DNA of 64,000 bases, taken from positions 835,097 through 899,096 of the forward strand of contig NMRA01000074.1 in assembly GCA_002633005.1 (NCBI GenBank), given 5' to 3'. This document shows, in pieces, positions 40,059 through 52,220 of the stretch (position 1 is its first letter; every line of letters begins with the position of its first letter). The position numbers and the translations under genes are program-made. Source of the DNA: Phoronis australis (Eukaryota > Animalia > Phoronida). Under the pieces are notes generated by a model. That model was not told where the DNA came from. It ran no database searches and saw nothing but the letters and a program-made list of their open reading frames with translations.

Positions 40059-41393
40059 ACAGACTAGTACTGGCCAGCTAGAGACAGTGGTCTCTGTCTA
40101 GAATGCTATAAGATTTTCTTCAAATTGCTCTTAAGATCAGATAAACTGTGCGAGTTATGTACACCTTTCAAGTGTTGATGGTCACTATTGGAGGCATTTG
40201 CAGTCTTGATATCCTCCAGAAGCAAATACTCCTGTAAGCAAAATTTTGTTTGTAATAGGAGCTCATTCCATCAAATTTAGGAGTGAATGTCATTACAGTC
40301 AATTTGCTTGGAGTAAGAAGTAAATGCACAGAGGGTTATGGGGAGGTCAGCCATCTAACAGCCATGCTGAGACCCGGCAGCACAGACAGGGGACCTATCT
40401 ATAGCCTTGTATGAATGACTGGGTGTGGCTGGAAGTGCAGTCTAAACAGTATTCCATTCTCCATGTAAATTAGAGTTTATTTTAAGTCATAATTTAACTT
40501 GCATGCATAGATTTAACAATTGCTACCAAACCTCTGTTAGAGGCCTACAACATTTCACTTGAGTATAATTTAGCTGAATTAAATTCAAACATCTTTAAGA
40601 TATGTTACTAAAACACAGACATGTTGATAAGGTCCTACATAGCCTTACAACCCTTAATGATCTAAAAACTGACGAATCATCATTTGGGATCTGGCCACCA
40701 TCCCAAGTCATAGGTCACATTCACAGGCTCCAGCTTGCGAAATATTGTGACCTAAAAAAAGTTTGGTTTGGCAGTGGGTTTTTTTCTAACTATTTCTGTC
40801 GGGTTGATAGGGTATTTCAATGAAAATCGCACTAGTTGCTTATTTCTGTTGCTTATGGAGGGTATTGGAAGAGCCACAGCTTGCATGAGTTGTAATTTCC
40901 AAGCTACACATGTGCGACTTTTGCGTATTGTCCAAGATTTGATCTTGCATTTCCAGATCTAGTTCAGGTCTCAAATGCAACCTGTGGCTTGTCTCGTAGA
41001 GCCCTGCCTTAAAGGGACATTCTTGGTGTGAAAAGTAATTTCACAGAAATTAGCAGACACATGGAAATGAACCTACTGGATCTGCAATGCCACTGCTATT
41101 GTAGCAGATTATTTTATACTAACCCCGGACTTGATTTCAGCGAATCTCTGGCTGACAATGGTGAGAATTGGTGATTTAAAATAAATTAAAACATGAGATT
41201 GTGTTTCTAAGTTATAGCTGTGGTCAAAGCTAGTAACTCCATGAAGTGTCTCATTCAACAATATAATCCCGGTTGTCAAACCCATAACTTCCCTTTAAGA
41301 TCCTAGATGCATGCCTGTGTAGTCATTATCATTCCTATCACTTTTCTGTGCCTTTGTTTTTCAGGTTTAGTACATCCTTCTTGCGATATTGAA

Positions 41394-41743
41394 ATGTGTG
41401 ACAGTACGGATGCTGTGGTTGGACTGAGACCTACCACCACTAACCGGATGGTGTTATTTACCATAGACCAACAGATGCGTAGTAATGACTTGAGGGTCAT
41501 GAAGTTCCTCTGCGCTGATCACTTTCCGCATGGGGAATTGGAGAAAATTGTTCGTCCCATGGATTTGTTTCAGCTCATGATAAGTAAATGTAAAATCAAC
41601 ATTGAAGCAGGCGATGTACAGTATCTGGCAGAGTTGCTTTATTTCGTACATCGTCTCGACTTAATTAAGAAGCTGGGTTATACACCACAAGAAGTGAGGA
41701 ATTTCATCAAAAACAACAAACATCATCGCGTGCCTGATTACAG
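41394..41743 (+). CDS. CASP8: Caspase-8-like, first coding exon (DED1)
   Basis: MVLFTIDQQMRSNDLRVMKFLCAD...LAELLYFVHRLDLIKKLG contains the DED FL patch and E...RxDL motif. Exon acceptor at 41365, donor gtatgt. Confidence 0.92.
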
Positions 41744-42229
41744 GTATGTTTAAGTCCCACATGATAATTTGCAAATTCAGGCTGTCACTTGTCTTGCTTT
41801 GCGTCGATGCTATGATACCTACTCATAGTGATTCAAGCATTGGGTGATGGCCTTGATTGCTTGTTCTGATGATGAAGTGTGAGACAACGAACTTTGTTGA
41901 AGTTGAAAAATCTTTTTCATACTTTTTGTGAGGTGCCATTTCTATTTTTTTGTGAAAAGATGTTAGGAAACCTGTACTCACTATTCTGCAGAATAATGTT
42001 TGTGACGGATGTATCAGAGAACATTTTGATCAATTGTGGGTGTGACGGACATACGTGAGCGACGTACAAATTTGCCGTACGTCTGTCCACGCAATTTCTG
42101 ATTGAACGAATAATCCCTGGGATCTACAATTTTGGTCAATAGTATTGAGTAACATGTTAAAAGAGAATCTGAATAAAAACATTTTAATGCAACTAAACTT
42201 TTGAGCGCTTTTTTATGACGGACGTATGT

Positions 42230-43743
42230 CACCATGATATCCAGGAGCTGTATCTTCAAAAGTCCTGAACGGGTTTTCATGAAATTTGGTGTGTAGGCAT
42301 TTATTAGTGAGATATCACTATCCACCCGTTTTCGAATGGATTCGACATAGTTTGCGCCAACTAGTGGTCATTTTTACTGTTTTCGGGTCTGTTTTTTGTG
42401 TCCACCTCTCTATCAACCAAACCGCTCAAAGGATGATTGTGAAAATTGGCATGTATGTGCTTACTATGAAGAAGACCGTTGACGATGATTTTCCGACGAT
42501 TTCGACTACAGTGACGCCTCCTAGTGGCAGTTTTTTTTTTGCGCCTATGGTTGTATCTCCTAAACCATAACCAGGATCTTTACGAAATTTAGTAAGTATA
42601 TTTATATGATGTTAACAATAGACAACAAAGACTTTTGGACAGATCCGAATACCGGTGTGCCCCCTAGTGGCAATTTTATTTTTTTTTACGCTTATCTTTG
42701 TGTCCTTAACGGATTTTCATGAAATTTAATATATAGGCACCTACATGTATTAGTGAGGTGATGCCATCCTCCCGTTTTTGGATGGATTCGACATAGTCTG
42801 TGGCACCTAGTGGCCATTTTTACTGTTTTGCGTCCACCCCTCTATCAACCAAACCGCTCAAAGGATGATTGTCAAAATTGGCATGGATGTGCTTACAATA
42901 AAGAGGACGGGTGACGATTTTCCGATGATTTTGACTACTGTGGCACCTCCTAGTGTCAGTTTTGTTTTTATTGTGTCTATGGCTGTATCTCCTAAACCGT
43001 TCGCAGGATCTTTAGTTAATTTAGAAAGTGTATTTATTTGATGTTGACTACGGATGTCGACAACTTTCGGACAGATCTGACTACTGCTGTGCCGCCTAGT
43101 GGCTATTATAGTTTTTTTATGTTTAACTCATGCAGTATCTTCAAAGGTCCTCAACAGATTTTCATAAAATTTTAAATATAGGCATCTATTGGTGTGATGA
43201 CACTAGCTTCCTGTTTTTGCATGGAATCGAGGTATTTTGCACCACCTAGTGGCCATTTTTTGCTGTTTTCAAATCTTGTTTTTGGTGTCCACCCCTGTAT
43301 CAACCAAACCATTTAAAAATTGGCGTATATATTCTCAGTGTGAAGACGACCTTTGATGATGGTGACTGACTATTGAGGCGCCTCCTAGTGGTAGTTTTGT
43401 TTTGTGCCCATAGTTGTATCTCCCAAACCCACTGTAGGATCTTTACTAAATTTAGTAAGTGTATTTATATGAAGATAACAACAGACGACGATGTCTTTCA
43501 GGCGGATCCAACGGACACTGTAACCACTAGTGGCAATTTCATTTTATTCTGTTTTCTTTTGTTTCTCTGAAGTTCCTTGAACAGATTTTTATGAAATATG
43601 GCATGTTCCTGTTTTTGGATGGATTGTATGTTTTTACGCCATCTAGTGGCCATTTTTATGAAACAAATAAATAACCCCAAAAGCACACCATTTGCAATGC
43701 ATTAATTGGTAGGCGCATTTCAACGCTCCGCATTGCTCTTGTT
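42230..43743 (+). mobile_element. DINE-1/HINE-like element with ~445-bp higher-order tandem repeats
   Basis: ggattcgacatagt-type landmark recurs at about 42338, 42784 and 43224. 3' end is taggcgcatttcaacgctccgcattgctcttgtt. Confidence 0.85.
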
Positions 43744-44063
43744 TATAAAGTTTGAGCTTCATGTGATTGCACAAATTTGATAATATAGTGAAATACCAAT
43801 AACTGTCTTATTTATGACAATGACTAGTAACACATGAAAATCGAGCTAAGTTTTTAGAGTCAAGTGACCCCAAAAATGGGTCCATTTAGGCAAAAAAATG
43901 AAAGTTGTAGGACAGTCAAATATGGATCCTGAAACTAGAGAGACTGGGCTTTCAGATGAGACCAGAAATGTTAGACAATATTATTTTAATTTTTGGTCTT
44001 GAGTTTCACCTTTTCATGGACTTGCCTATAGTACATGCTGGTTATATTTGCATTCCTTTACAG

Positions 44064-44299
44064 AATAATGCTGGTGAAATTGTACGATGACTTGGTGCAA
44101 AAGGAAGTAGACACCCTGAAGTTTCTAATCAGTGGGTCTATCGGACGGAAGGCAGCAGAATCCGCCAAAGATGCGTTGGACTTGTTTCGAGAAATGGAAC
44201 AAGCTGGAGTTCTTGGACATGAGGATTTGGTTGAGCTTGAGCAAATGAGCCAGCATCTAGAGAGACGAGACTTGGCAGAGACGATTGCAGTGTACAAAC
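44064..44299 (+). CDS. CASP8: Caspase-8-like, DED2 exon
   Basis: IMLVKLYDDLVQKEVDTLKFLIS...ALDLFREMEQAGVLGHEDLVELEQMSQHLERRDLAETI. Splice sites ttacag and gtatga, phase 2-1. Confidence 0.93.
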
Positions 44300-45727
44300 G
44301 TATGAAAACTGATGCATTAATAATCTATATTTACTTGGTGGATCTGATGCCAGTCAAATAAACATCTCAATAGATTTAGAGCATAAGGCAGTTGATCAGT
44401 AATGTGGGTTGTAGGTGAAGGATCCCATGCCATAAATTCAATGCAATTGTTTCTATATATTGGGTAGAAGTTGTTTCAATGGTGCCACATCAAGTGGATT
44501 TTGAGTGGCTCACTAGGACTCCTTGTTCAAAATCTCAGTACTTTTCATATGGCAAAGTTTTTCAGGGGCTCGTCATGGAGTTCCTTATTTCCTGGAAAAA
44601 AGGTAGAATGTTGGATAGGGAATGGGATGTGGATTTGTTCTGTTAAAAATATTTAGTTTAGTAGAGTCCTAAAAAGTTTGTAGTTGTCAGAGGCAGTGTT
44701 TTCTGGCGTGGTGTCTGATAAATTAACCACTTGACAATTTTTTTCCGCCCACCTTACCTGGTTGCGTATTGTTTGTCATTTTATCCGGTTGTCCGTGTGT
44801 CTGCTCAATATCTTGGATTTTGACGAAATTTGGCTCAAGCGTGTAGGGCATCACTAAAATTGTTCTAGCCACTTTTAAAGCTAGCTGCCTTACATCCTGC
44901 AGTCAAGGGGGTGTAGCTTTCAATGAAACTTGACACAAAGGTGTGTGATATCAGTGCATATGCATGATTAAATTTTCTGGGAGATTCGTCTACTGTAGCA
45001 CCTCCTAGTTGCCATTCTGTTCTCGAGGAGTTTTTCAATTGTTGTTTTGGGGAGAAGAGCCTTTCCGAATCATTTCTTCTATATAGAACAGATGGGCAGA
45101 CTACATTCATTTGAAACTTGACAATGAGGTACATCTGTTGATTTTTGGTCACTGCAGTGCCTCCTAATGGCCATTTTGAGTGAGAGTGTTTCGGATGATA
45201 GATGGAGAACGGATTGACAGATTTTAAGTTAACTTAAGGCAAATGTATGTCATATCAATGCGCCGCCACTGTTCAATTAATCTTCATGTTGTTAATGTTT
45301 TGACCAGAGTTCTTTAGCCAAGCTGGACTGGTGAGTGGTGACACTGCAGACATCAGCTGTGTTGTGAAAGGCGCCCTCTGTTGTGGATCATCAAACTAGA
45401 TATGTTTAGACATTTTCCAGTTCACGTTGACCACAACCCCTTTCCATGCAAATATCTCCACTGTCTGTTTCTATTCTCCGATCCAACAGCAAAGTTTATT
45501 TGTGTGATAATGTGTGTCCAAAACAAGCACTAAACCTAAGAAATTGAAACGTATTGATGCATTTCAAACTGGTTCGATGAATGCACTCATAACAGATGTC
45601 TCTAAACTTGCAAATAGTTTGAATGCTACTAGTTTGGGTGGTCTATTTTCAGATTTGAATCATAATCCAGGGTTACATTTTTATTTTCTGTTTTCTTCCC
45701 ATATGTAGTTTTCATTTTCTTCCACAG

Positions 45728-46261
45728 GTAACTGTCTTCCGTTGTCAGCAGCCATTCAGCCACCACCACAAGAGCCTCCCAATCCTCCATTGCCAAACAT
45801 GAAACAGATTGCCCAGCGTGGCTTTGCTGAAAAACTAGTGGTTATGATGCCGGAACCTTCTAATACACCGCAGGGACCCACCACCCCACAGAACTCATAC
45901 CGCCCACCAGGACGGGGACAGGTGCCACCAGGTGGCAACATTGCAACCAAACCCTCATCTGGGAATCCTGCAAAAATCTCAAACAAGGCTTCTGAAGAGA
46001 GTGTGCAAGTCGGTGATACTTCCATGGAAACTGGAGCCAGTGGTGGCGGTGTACCTTCAGTGGTGGACTTGATCAGTACCTTAAGAGATGGCAGTGATGA
46101 TGATGATGATGATGATGATAATGATGACAATGATAAAAATGGGGATGAAGGTAACGATAGCAGTTTTGGTGGTAACGATATAGAAGCAATTCCTCTTCCT
46201 GCCGTGAGTGCTGCCATGGAACAAGAAAGACCTGAAGTCGAGCAAGTCGATTACCAACAAG
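45728..46261 (+). CDS. CASP8: Caspase-8-like, long low-complexity linker exon (Pro-rich, poly-Asp)
   Basis: Acceptor ttctttccacag-type pyrimidine tract, donor gtgaga, phase 1-1, open for 534 nt. Confidence 0.85.
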
Positions 46262-47052
46262 GTGAGAAGCTTTAATGTACATTTCTACATTTGGGACACA
46301 GTTATTCAAAACCAATGTGGTAATAAAACATTTTTTTTTTCTAATTGGGCACAACCACTCCTTCATTAAATTCTGTTTACTTCACTTCACATCTAAACTG
46401 TTGTACAGTGGTTGTTGTGTGTTCAATTTGTGGAGGGTAACTATGATATGTCAAAGCACCTGTTATCTGTTTTTATGCACCCTCATATTTATATGTGGAC
46501 GCATTATGCCGTCATCTCCGTTCGTCTGTCGGACTGTCGGCCGGTCCGGCGTCCACTGCTCTGTCTCCAAAATGCCTTGACGTATGTTCACGAAATTTGG
46601 CACATGTTTGCTTTTATAGATGGGACGGCATGAGCGAACTTTCGGACGGAACCGACTACTGGTGTGCCCCCTATTGGCAATTTTATTTTTTATCTTTACC
46701 TCTGTATCTTCAAAGGTCCTCAACGTGTTTTCATAAAATATAGTATATAGGACCCTATTAGTGAGATGACACTTTTCTCCCATTTTCGGATGGATTTGTC
46801 GTAGTTTGTGCCATTTTTACAGTTATCAGGTATTTTTTGGCGTCCACTCCTCCATCAACCAAACTGCTGTAAGGATGATTGTGAAAATTGGCATGTATGT
46901 CTTCTTACTATGAAGAGGACAGCTGACCATGATTTTCTGACAACTCCCGACTGCTGTGGCACCTCCTAGTGGCAGTTTTGTGCCTAGAGCATTATCTCTT
47001 AGACTGTTTGCAGGATCTTTACTAAATTTTGCAAGACTGTATTGTTATGATC

Positions 47053-48492
47053 GTGGCTCGACGCTATTAAAATCGCCAGGTCGCATTTTGCGACCTAGCC
47101 AAAATCCCAGGTCGCATTTTCAAAATCCAGCTTGCATTCGTAAATGCCAGGTCGAAAAATTTTCCCGCCATTTTATGCGCCAAAATAGATTTTTTAGATC
47201 ATCGAGAAAATTTTAGATTATGCTCTTACCTGCAGCGTTAAATACTCACAAATTTCGGATCTCAAAACTGACTTCATTCATGCAGGTACGGCCTTACTGT
47301 TCTTCACGACCGCCATTGAAAGACTCTAGAGCGCAAGGCAAGTTGCCGACGTGAAAGTTGAATCAGTGCTCTCTAACTGACTTTTGCATTCGAGTAGCTA
47401 AATTTGTGATGTGAAAAGGGAGAAAATGCCCGTTGAAAAAGTATCCGGGATTTTGTTAGATCTGGCATGCTACTGGCTGTCATCAAAGTCGTTAAAGATT
47501 CAAACTAACTTGGGTAATGGCGAGTTTGCTCTTCAATACCTTCCAAGTACAGAAAAATAGGTCAGTCACAAAACGACACGCATGTCACTAGTGTTAACTT
47601 TCTTTCCGAGGTATAAAACAAAGCCGGGATTTGGTTTTTACATATTGTGAAAAGAAGTTTTTGAAAACTGAAGTTGTGTGACACACCATACAAGCTGCGT
47701 GTCAATTTTAAACCACACGTGGTCGTTTGTAGTGCGCTTTGATGGGTGCTAGCTTGAACTTTGGGTGCTTAATTGGAAATTCTCAAAATTTAAGGGGGGA
47801 CTTTTAATAGATCAGTGAGCGCTTATTATGAAACACTTTAAAGGTAGGGAGTAGGCTTGTGCGTGAGCATAGTCGTTAACCTCAGTGTTTGCGGTAATAA
47901 GATATTAAAACGCTGCAATGGTAAGAAACGTTATAATAATACGATTTTGCGAGGCAAACTCCATCTTATAGGGGTGACTTTCTGGATATCGTTACCACCT
48001 ACATTGTACCCTTTTTAGCCACCCGGAATGATTTTGTTTTTAACTGCCCACTTCAGCCGGAACAAGGTTGTTTCTATAGGAGTCTGAACATTTTACAATT
48101 TCGCATCTAGTGCCAGTTTAGTTGCAATAGCTGGCTACGGGCATAGAATACAGGATTTACAGAACATTGACCTCGGGAAACATCGTAACAGGAAAACGTC
48201 AGTTCTGGGTTATATCGGTCCCGGGACATCGGGTCTTTTATAATCGCTGGGAATCTGAGTTCAATTTCAAATAAACCAGAGCCAAGCCGGTATACTCTTT
48301 CATTTAGGACTGTCGCTGTTCTTTGAAGTGGTGCGCACGCTTGAGTTCATGCACTTGAATTGCTGTAGTAGGCCTACACTTTACGTTGGCAACAACTTGT
48401 GAAAGACAAATCATATTTCGCGCACGTAGCCCCAGAAACAAGTAAAGGGTTTGAGAATTTCTTGGCAACTGAAAGTAAAGACGTGACCGTCG
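47053..48492. mobile_element. Inserted DNA-transposon-like segment with hAT-like subterminal repeats
   Basis: HINE sequence stops abruptly and is followed by ggctcgacgcta...ccaggtcgcattttgcgacc repeats. Similar inverted motifs occur at 26640-26830 and 27850-27950. The other end is hidden by the gap. Confidence 0.45.
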
Positions 48493-49159
48493 NNNNNNNN
48501 NNNNNNNNNNNNNNNNNNNNNNNNNNNNNNNNNNNNNNNNNNNNNNNNNNNNNNNNNNNNNNNNNNNNNNNNNNNNNNNNNNNNNNNNNNNNNNNNNNNN
48601 NNNNNNNNNNNNNNNNNNNNNNNNNNNNNNNNNNNNNNNNNNNNNNNNNNNNNNNNNNNNNNNNNNNNNNNNNNNNNNNNNNNNNNNNNNNNNNNNNNNN
48701 NNNNNNNNNNNNNNNNNNNNNNNNNNNNNNNNNNNNNNNNNNNNNNNNNNNNNNNNNNNNNNNNNNNNNNNNNNNNNNNNNNNNNNNNNNNNNNNNNNNN
48801 NNNNNNNNNNNNNNNNNNNNNNNNNNNNNNNNNNNNNNNNNNNNNNNNNNNNNNNNNNNNNNNNNNNNNNNNNNNNNNNNNNNNNNNNNNNNNNNNNNNN
48901 NNNNNNNNNNNNNNNNNNNNNNNNNNNNNNNNNNNNNNNNNNNNNNNNNNNNNNNNNNNNNNNNNNNNNNNNNNNNNNNNNNNNNNNNNNNNNNNNNNNN
49001 NNNNNNNNNNNNNNNNNNNNNNNNNNNNNNNNNNNNNNNNNNNNNNNNNNNNNNNNNNNNNNNNNNNNNNNNNNNNNNNNNNNNNNNNNNNNNNNNNNNN
49101 NNNNNNNNNNNNNNNNNNNNNNNNNNNNNNNNNNNNNNNNNNNNNNNNNNNNNNNNNNN
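48493..49159. other. Assembly gap (N run)
   Basis: Continuous run of n characters. Confidence 1.
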
Positions 49160-51151
49160 CTCCTAGTGGCAGTTTTGTTTTTTTTTTCGCCTATTGCTAT
49201 ATCTCCTAAACCTTTTGTAGGATCATTACTTAATTTATCAAGTTTATTTATATAATATTGACAATGTACGATGACAACTTTCAAGTGAATATGACTATTG
49301 GTGTGCCCTCTAGTGGCAATTTTACTTTTTATGTTTACCCGTGAATATCTTCAAAGATCTTCAACTGATTTTCATAAAATTTTGAATATACGGCATGTAT
49401 TGGTGAGATGATGCTGTTTTTGGATGGATGCGACATAGTTTACGCCATCTAGTGGCCATTTTTACTGTTTTCGAATCTGTTTTTTGCATCCACCCCTCTA
49501 TCAACCAAACCGCTCAAAGAATGACAATGAATATCGCCTGTACGTTCTTACTACGAAGTAACGGCTGATGATGATGTACCGACGACTTCGACTACTGTGG
49601 CGCCCCCTAGTGGCCGTTTTGTTTTTCGCACCTATGCCTGTATCTCATAAACTGTTTGCAGGATCTTTACTAAGTGAATTCATATGATGTTAACAATGGA
49701 CGACAACGACTTTCGGACGAATCTGACTACTGGTGTGCCACCTAGTGGCAATTTATTTTTATGGTTACCTCTGTATCTTCAAACTTTAAGGTCCTCAACG
49801 TATTTTTATAAAATTTGGCATACCGGCATCTGTTAATGAGTTGACGCTATCTCTCTGTTTTCAGATGGATTCGACCTAGTTTGCGTCACCTAGTGGTCAT
49901 TTTTACTGTTCTCAAGTCTTTTTTGGCGTCCACTCGTTTATCAACCAAACTGCTTTCAGGATAATTGTGAAAATTAGCATGTATGTTTTTACTATGACGT
50001 GGACGGCTGACGATGATTTTCTGACAGCTTCCACGACTGTGGCGCCTTTTAGTGGCCGTTTTATATTTTTTGGGCTCATGGCTGTTTCTCCTAAACCATT
50101 TACTTAATTTAGGCAAGCAAGTGTATTTATAGGACGTTGACAACAAAAGGGGACGACTTTCGGATGGATCTGACTTGTGGCAATCTTACTTTTTTACGTT
50201 TAACTCTGAATGTTCTAAGGTTCTCAACAGATTTTCACAAAATTTTAAATATAGGCATCTATTTGTGAGGTGACGCTATCCTCCTGTTTTTGGGTGGGAT
50301 CGAGGCCATTTTTGCTGTTTTCGAATCTTGTTTTTGGCGTCCACCCCTCCATCAAGCAAATTATTCTAAGGATTTTTTTAAAATTTGGCATATGTGTGAA
50401 GGAGTCGTTTGATGATGGCGACTGACTACTGTGGCACCTCCTAGTGGTAGTTTTGTTTAGTTTTGGGCCCATAGCTGTATCTCCTTAACCTACTGCATGA
50501 TTAAATTTAGTGAGTGTATTTATGAAGATAACAACAGATGACGATGACTTTCAGGTGGATCCAACGGTCGCTGTGCCCCCAATCTGTTTTCTTTTGTTTT
50601 TCTGAAGTTCCTTGAGACATTTTTATGAAATATGGCATATTCCTGTTTTAGATGGATTGTATGTTTTTGCACCATCTAGTGGTCATTTTTATGATACAAA
50701 TAAAGCACACTATTTGCGATGCATTCGTGGGCGCATTTTTATTTTTAACGCTCTGCTTTGCTCTTGTTATCAACTTGATTAGATTTCCAGTAAATTTCCT
50801 GTCGGTCCCTTTCATGGAGGATACAATATATCAGGTAATTCCACTGCATTCTGTTGTCGTGAGTGTGAATACTGGATCGTTTTGTTTGTTCTATTTTGAC
50901 TTGTATTGTAACCAAATGAAAAGCTGGCACAGGCATGCTGTTTTTAAGACCATGGCAGAGGTTTTTCATTAGGAAATTTTGTTCATCGCAACCTTGATAT
51001 GCCAGTAAGTCATTGCTTATTACCCCTCATCGTGAGAACAGCATTTGGTAGGTCTATTTGCCACTAGAGCTGTTCCTATGTACTGAGCATAGGGTTATTG
51101 ACCCTCAATCTCTTTATGTTGATTCTGAAATGCTTTGTTTTTAATATACAG

Positions 51152-51301
51152 AAATGCTAACTAGGCAGCTTCAGCAGAAAGAACGAGAACTCCAAGAGAT
51201 GTCGCGGAAAGTCCAAATATACGAAGAGGAAAAACTGAGGATGGAGAGGGAGCAAGCCTTACCAATTCATGACTGTTATGAAATGAGCAGGAATCCCCGT
51301 G
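51152..51301 (+). CDS. CASP8: Caspase-8-like, coiled-coil exon and start of the p20 subunit
   Basis: EMLTRQLQQKERELQEMSRKVQIYEEEKLRMEREQALPIHDCYEMSRNPR(G). The YxMxxxPRG motif opens the caspase domain. Phase 1-1, missed by the ORF track. Confidence 0.92.
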
Positions 51302-51569
51302 GTGAGCAAGACAGATAACATGATTGTGTTGTTTTCCAGAGGGCATCATAATTTGCCACGGGGCTGCTTGTGCAGTAAAGCATCCTTTGTGGTAGTCATG
51401 ACAAGCCTATTGTCTGTACTGGCTACTCGACTGACATCAGTGAAGTAGCTGCCTTGTAACTGTAGCTTTCTAACTGATATCCAATATTAATAAAAGCTCC
51501 CCTAAGGTTGACCAATTTTGTTGCTTCCACATCTCATTTGTGTAGCATTTGAGTCTCTCCTTACTTCAT

Positions 51570-52220
51570 CATTACCCACATAATTGTATGGGTGCAGCTT
51601 GCCATCATTTCTGTCTGGGTGTGTGGGTGTCTGGCGTTCACTGCTGTATCTCGTAAACCCCGTTATAATAATGAAATTTGGCAGATGTGTTCCTATGAAG
51701 CTGATGACAGACAAGGATGAGCTTTAGTCAATTATAGCTGTTCCCCATGTTGGCAATTTTATTTCATTTCCGTTTTCCTCTGTATCTTTGGAGTTCCCGG
51801 ACGGATTTTTATGAAATTTGAAAAGTTGATTTCTCTTAAAGAGGCAGTGACATCTTTTTTGTTTGTTTTCAGATGAATTTGATAATTTGCATGCCACCTT
51901 GTGGCCAAAGGTGTTGTTTTTTAGTGTGCTTTTGCCGTGCGCCTCTTTGTCTCAGGATGATTATGAAAGCTGGCTCTTAGTTGGAAAAGAACAGCACTCA
52001 AAAATTTTGAATGGCCCCAGCTCATGTGGTGCCTCCTAGTGGCAGTTGTGTTTGCTGTTTCTCCCTGCCAAATATTTTTTTCAAATTTAGCAACGAAGGT
52101 GACAACAGACGACAATGTTTGGACATATCTGACGACTACTATGCCCCCACCGCCAGTTTTAGTTTTTACTTTTTTGGCTGGTGTGTTCCTCATGAGTAGA
52201 GCATTGCCGAGTTGCTATGC
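51570..52220 (+). mobile_element. Diverged HINE-family copy
   Basis: Head acccacataattgtatgggtgca and cores such as gtgcctcctagtggca and atgccaccttgtggcca. Confidence 0.6.

Larger units (their letters stand above)
46470..50768 (+). mobile_element. DINE-1/HINE-like element interrupted by an insertion (from about 47053) and an N gap
   Basis: Head ttttatgcaccctcatatttatatgtggacgcat plus GTCY microsatellite at 46470-46560. Repeats resume at 49160. Tail gtgggcgcat...aacgctctgctttgctcttgtt at about 50728-50768. Confidence 0.8.

Noticed and set aside
42230-43743. Regularly spaced conserved cores with variable spacers, resembling a CRISPR array
   Set aside because: Eukaryotic intron, spacers of 130 bp or more that recur every third unit, no cas genes, and HINE-type termini.
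45763-46000. TRAF-binding-like tetrapeptides PPQE and ASEE in the caspase linker
   Set aside because: Too short and degenerate in a P/Q/E/S-rich region to support without conservation data.
45756-46366. Minus-strand ORFs with poly-Ser and poly-His tracts
   Set aside because: Antisense shadows of the caspase linker exon and its (GAT)n tract.
48304-49284. Long ORFs of 326 aa and 255 aa
   Set aside because: Artefacts of translating through the N gap.
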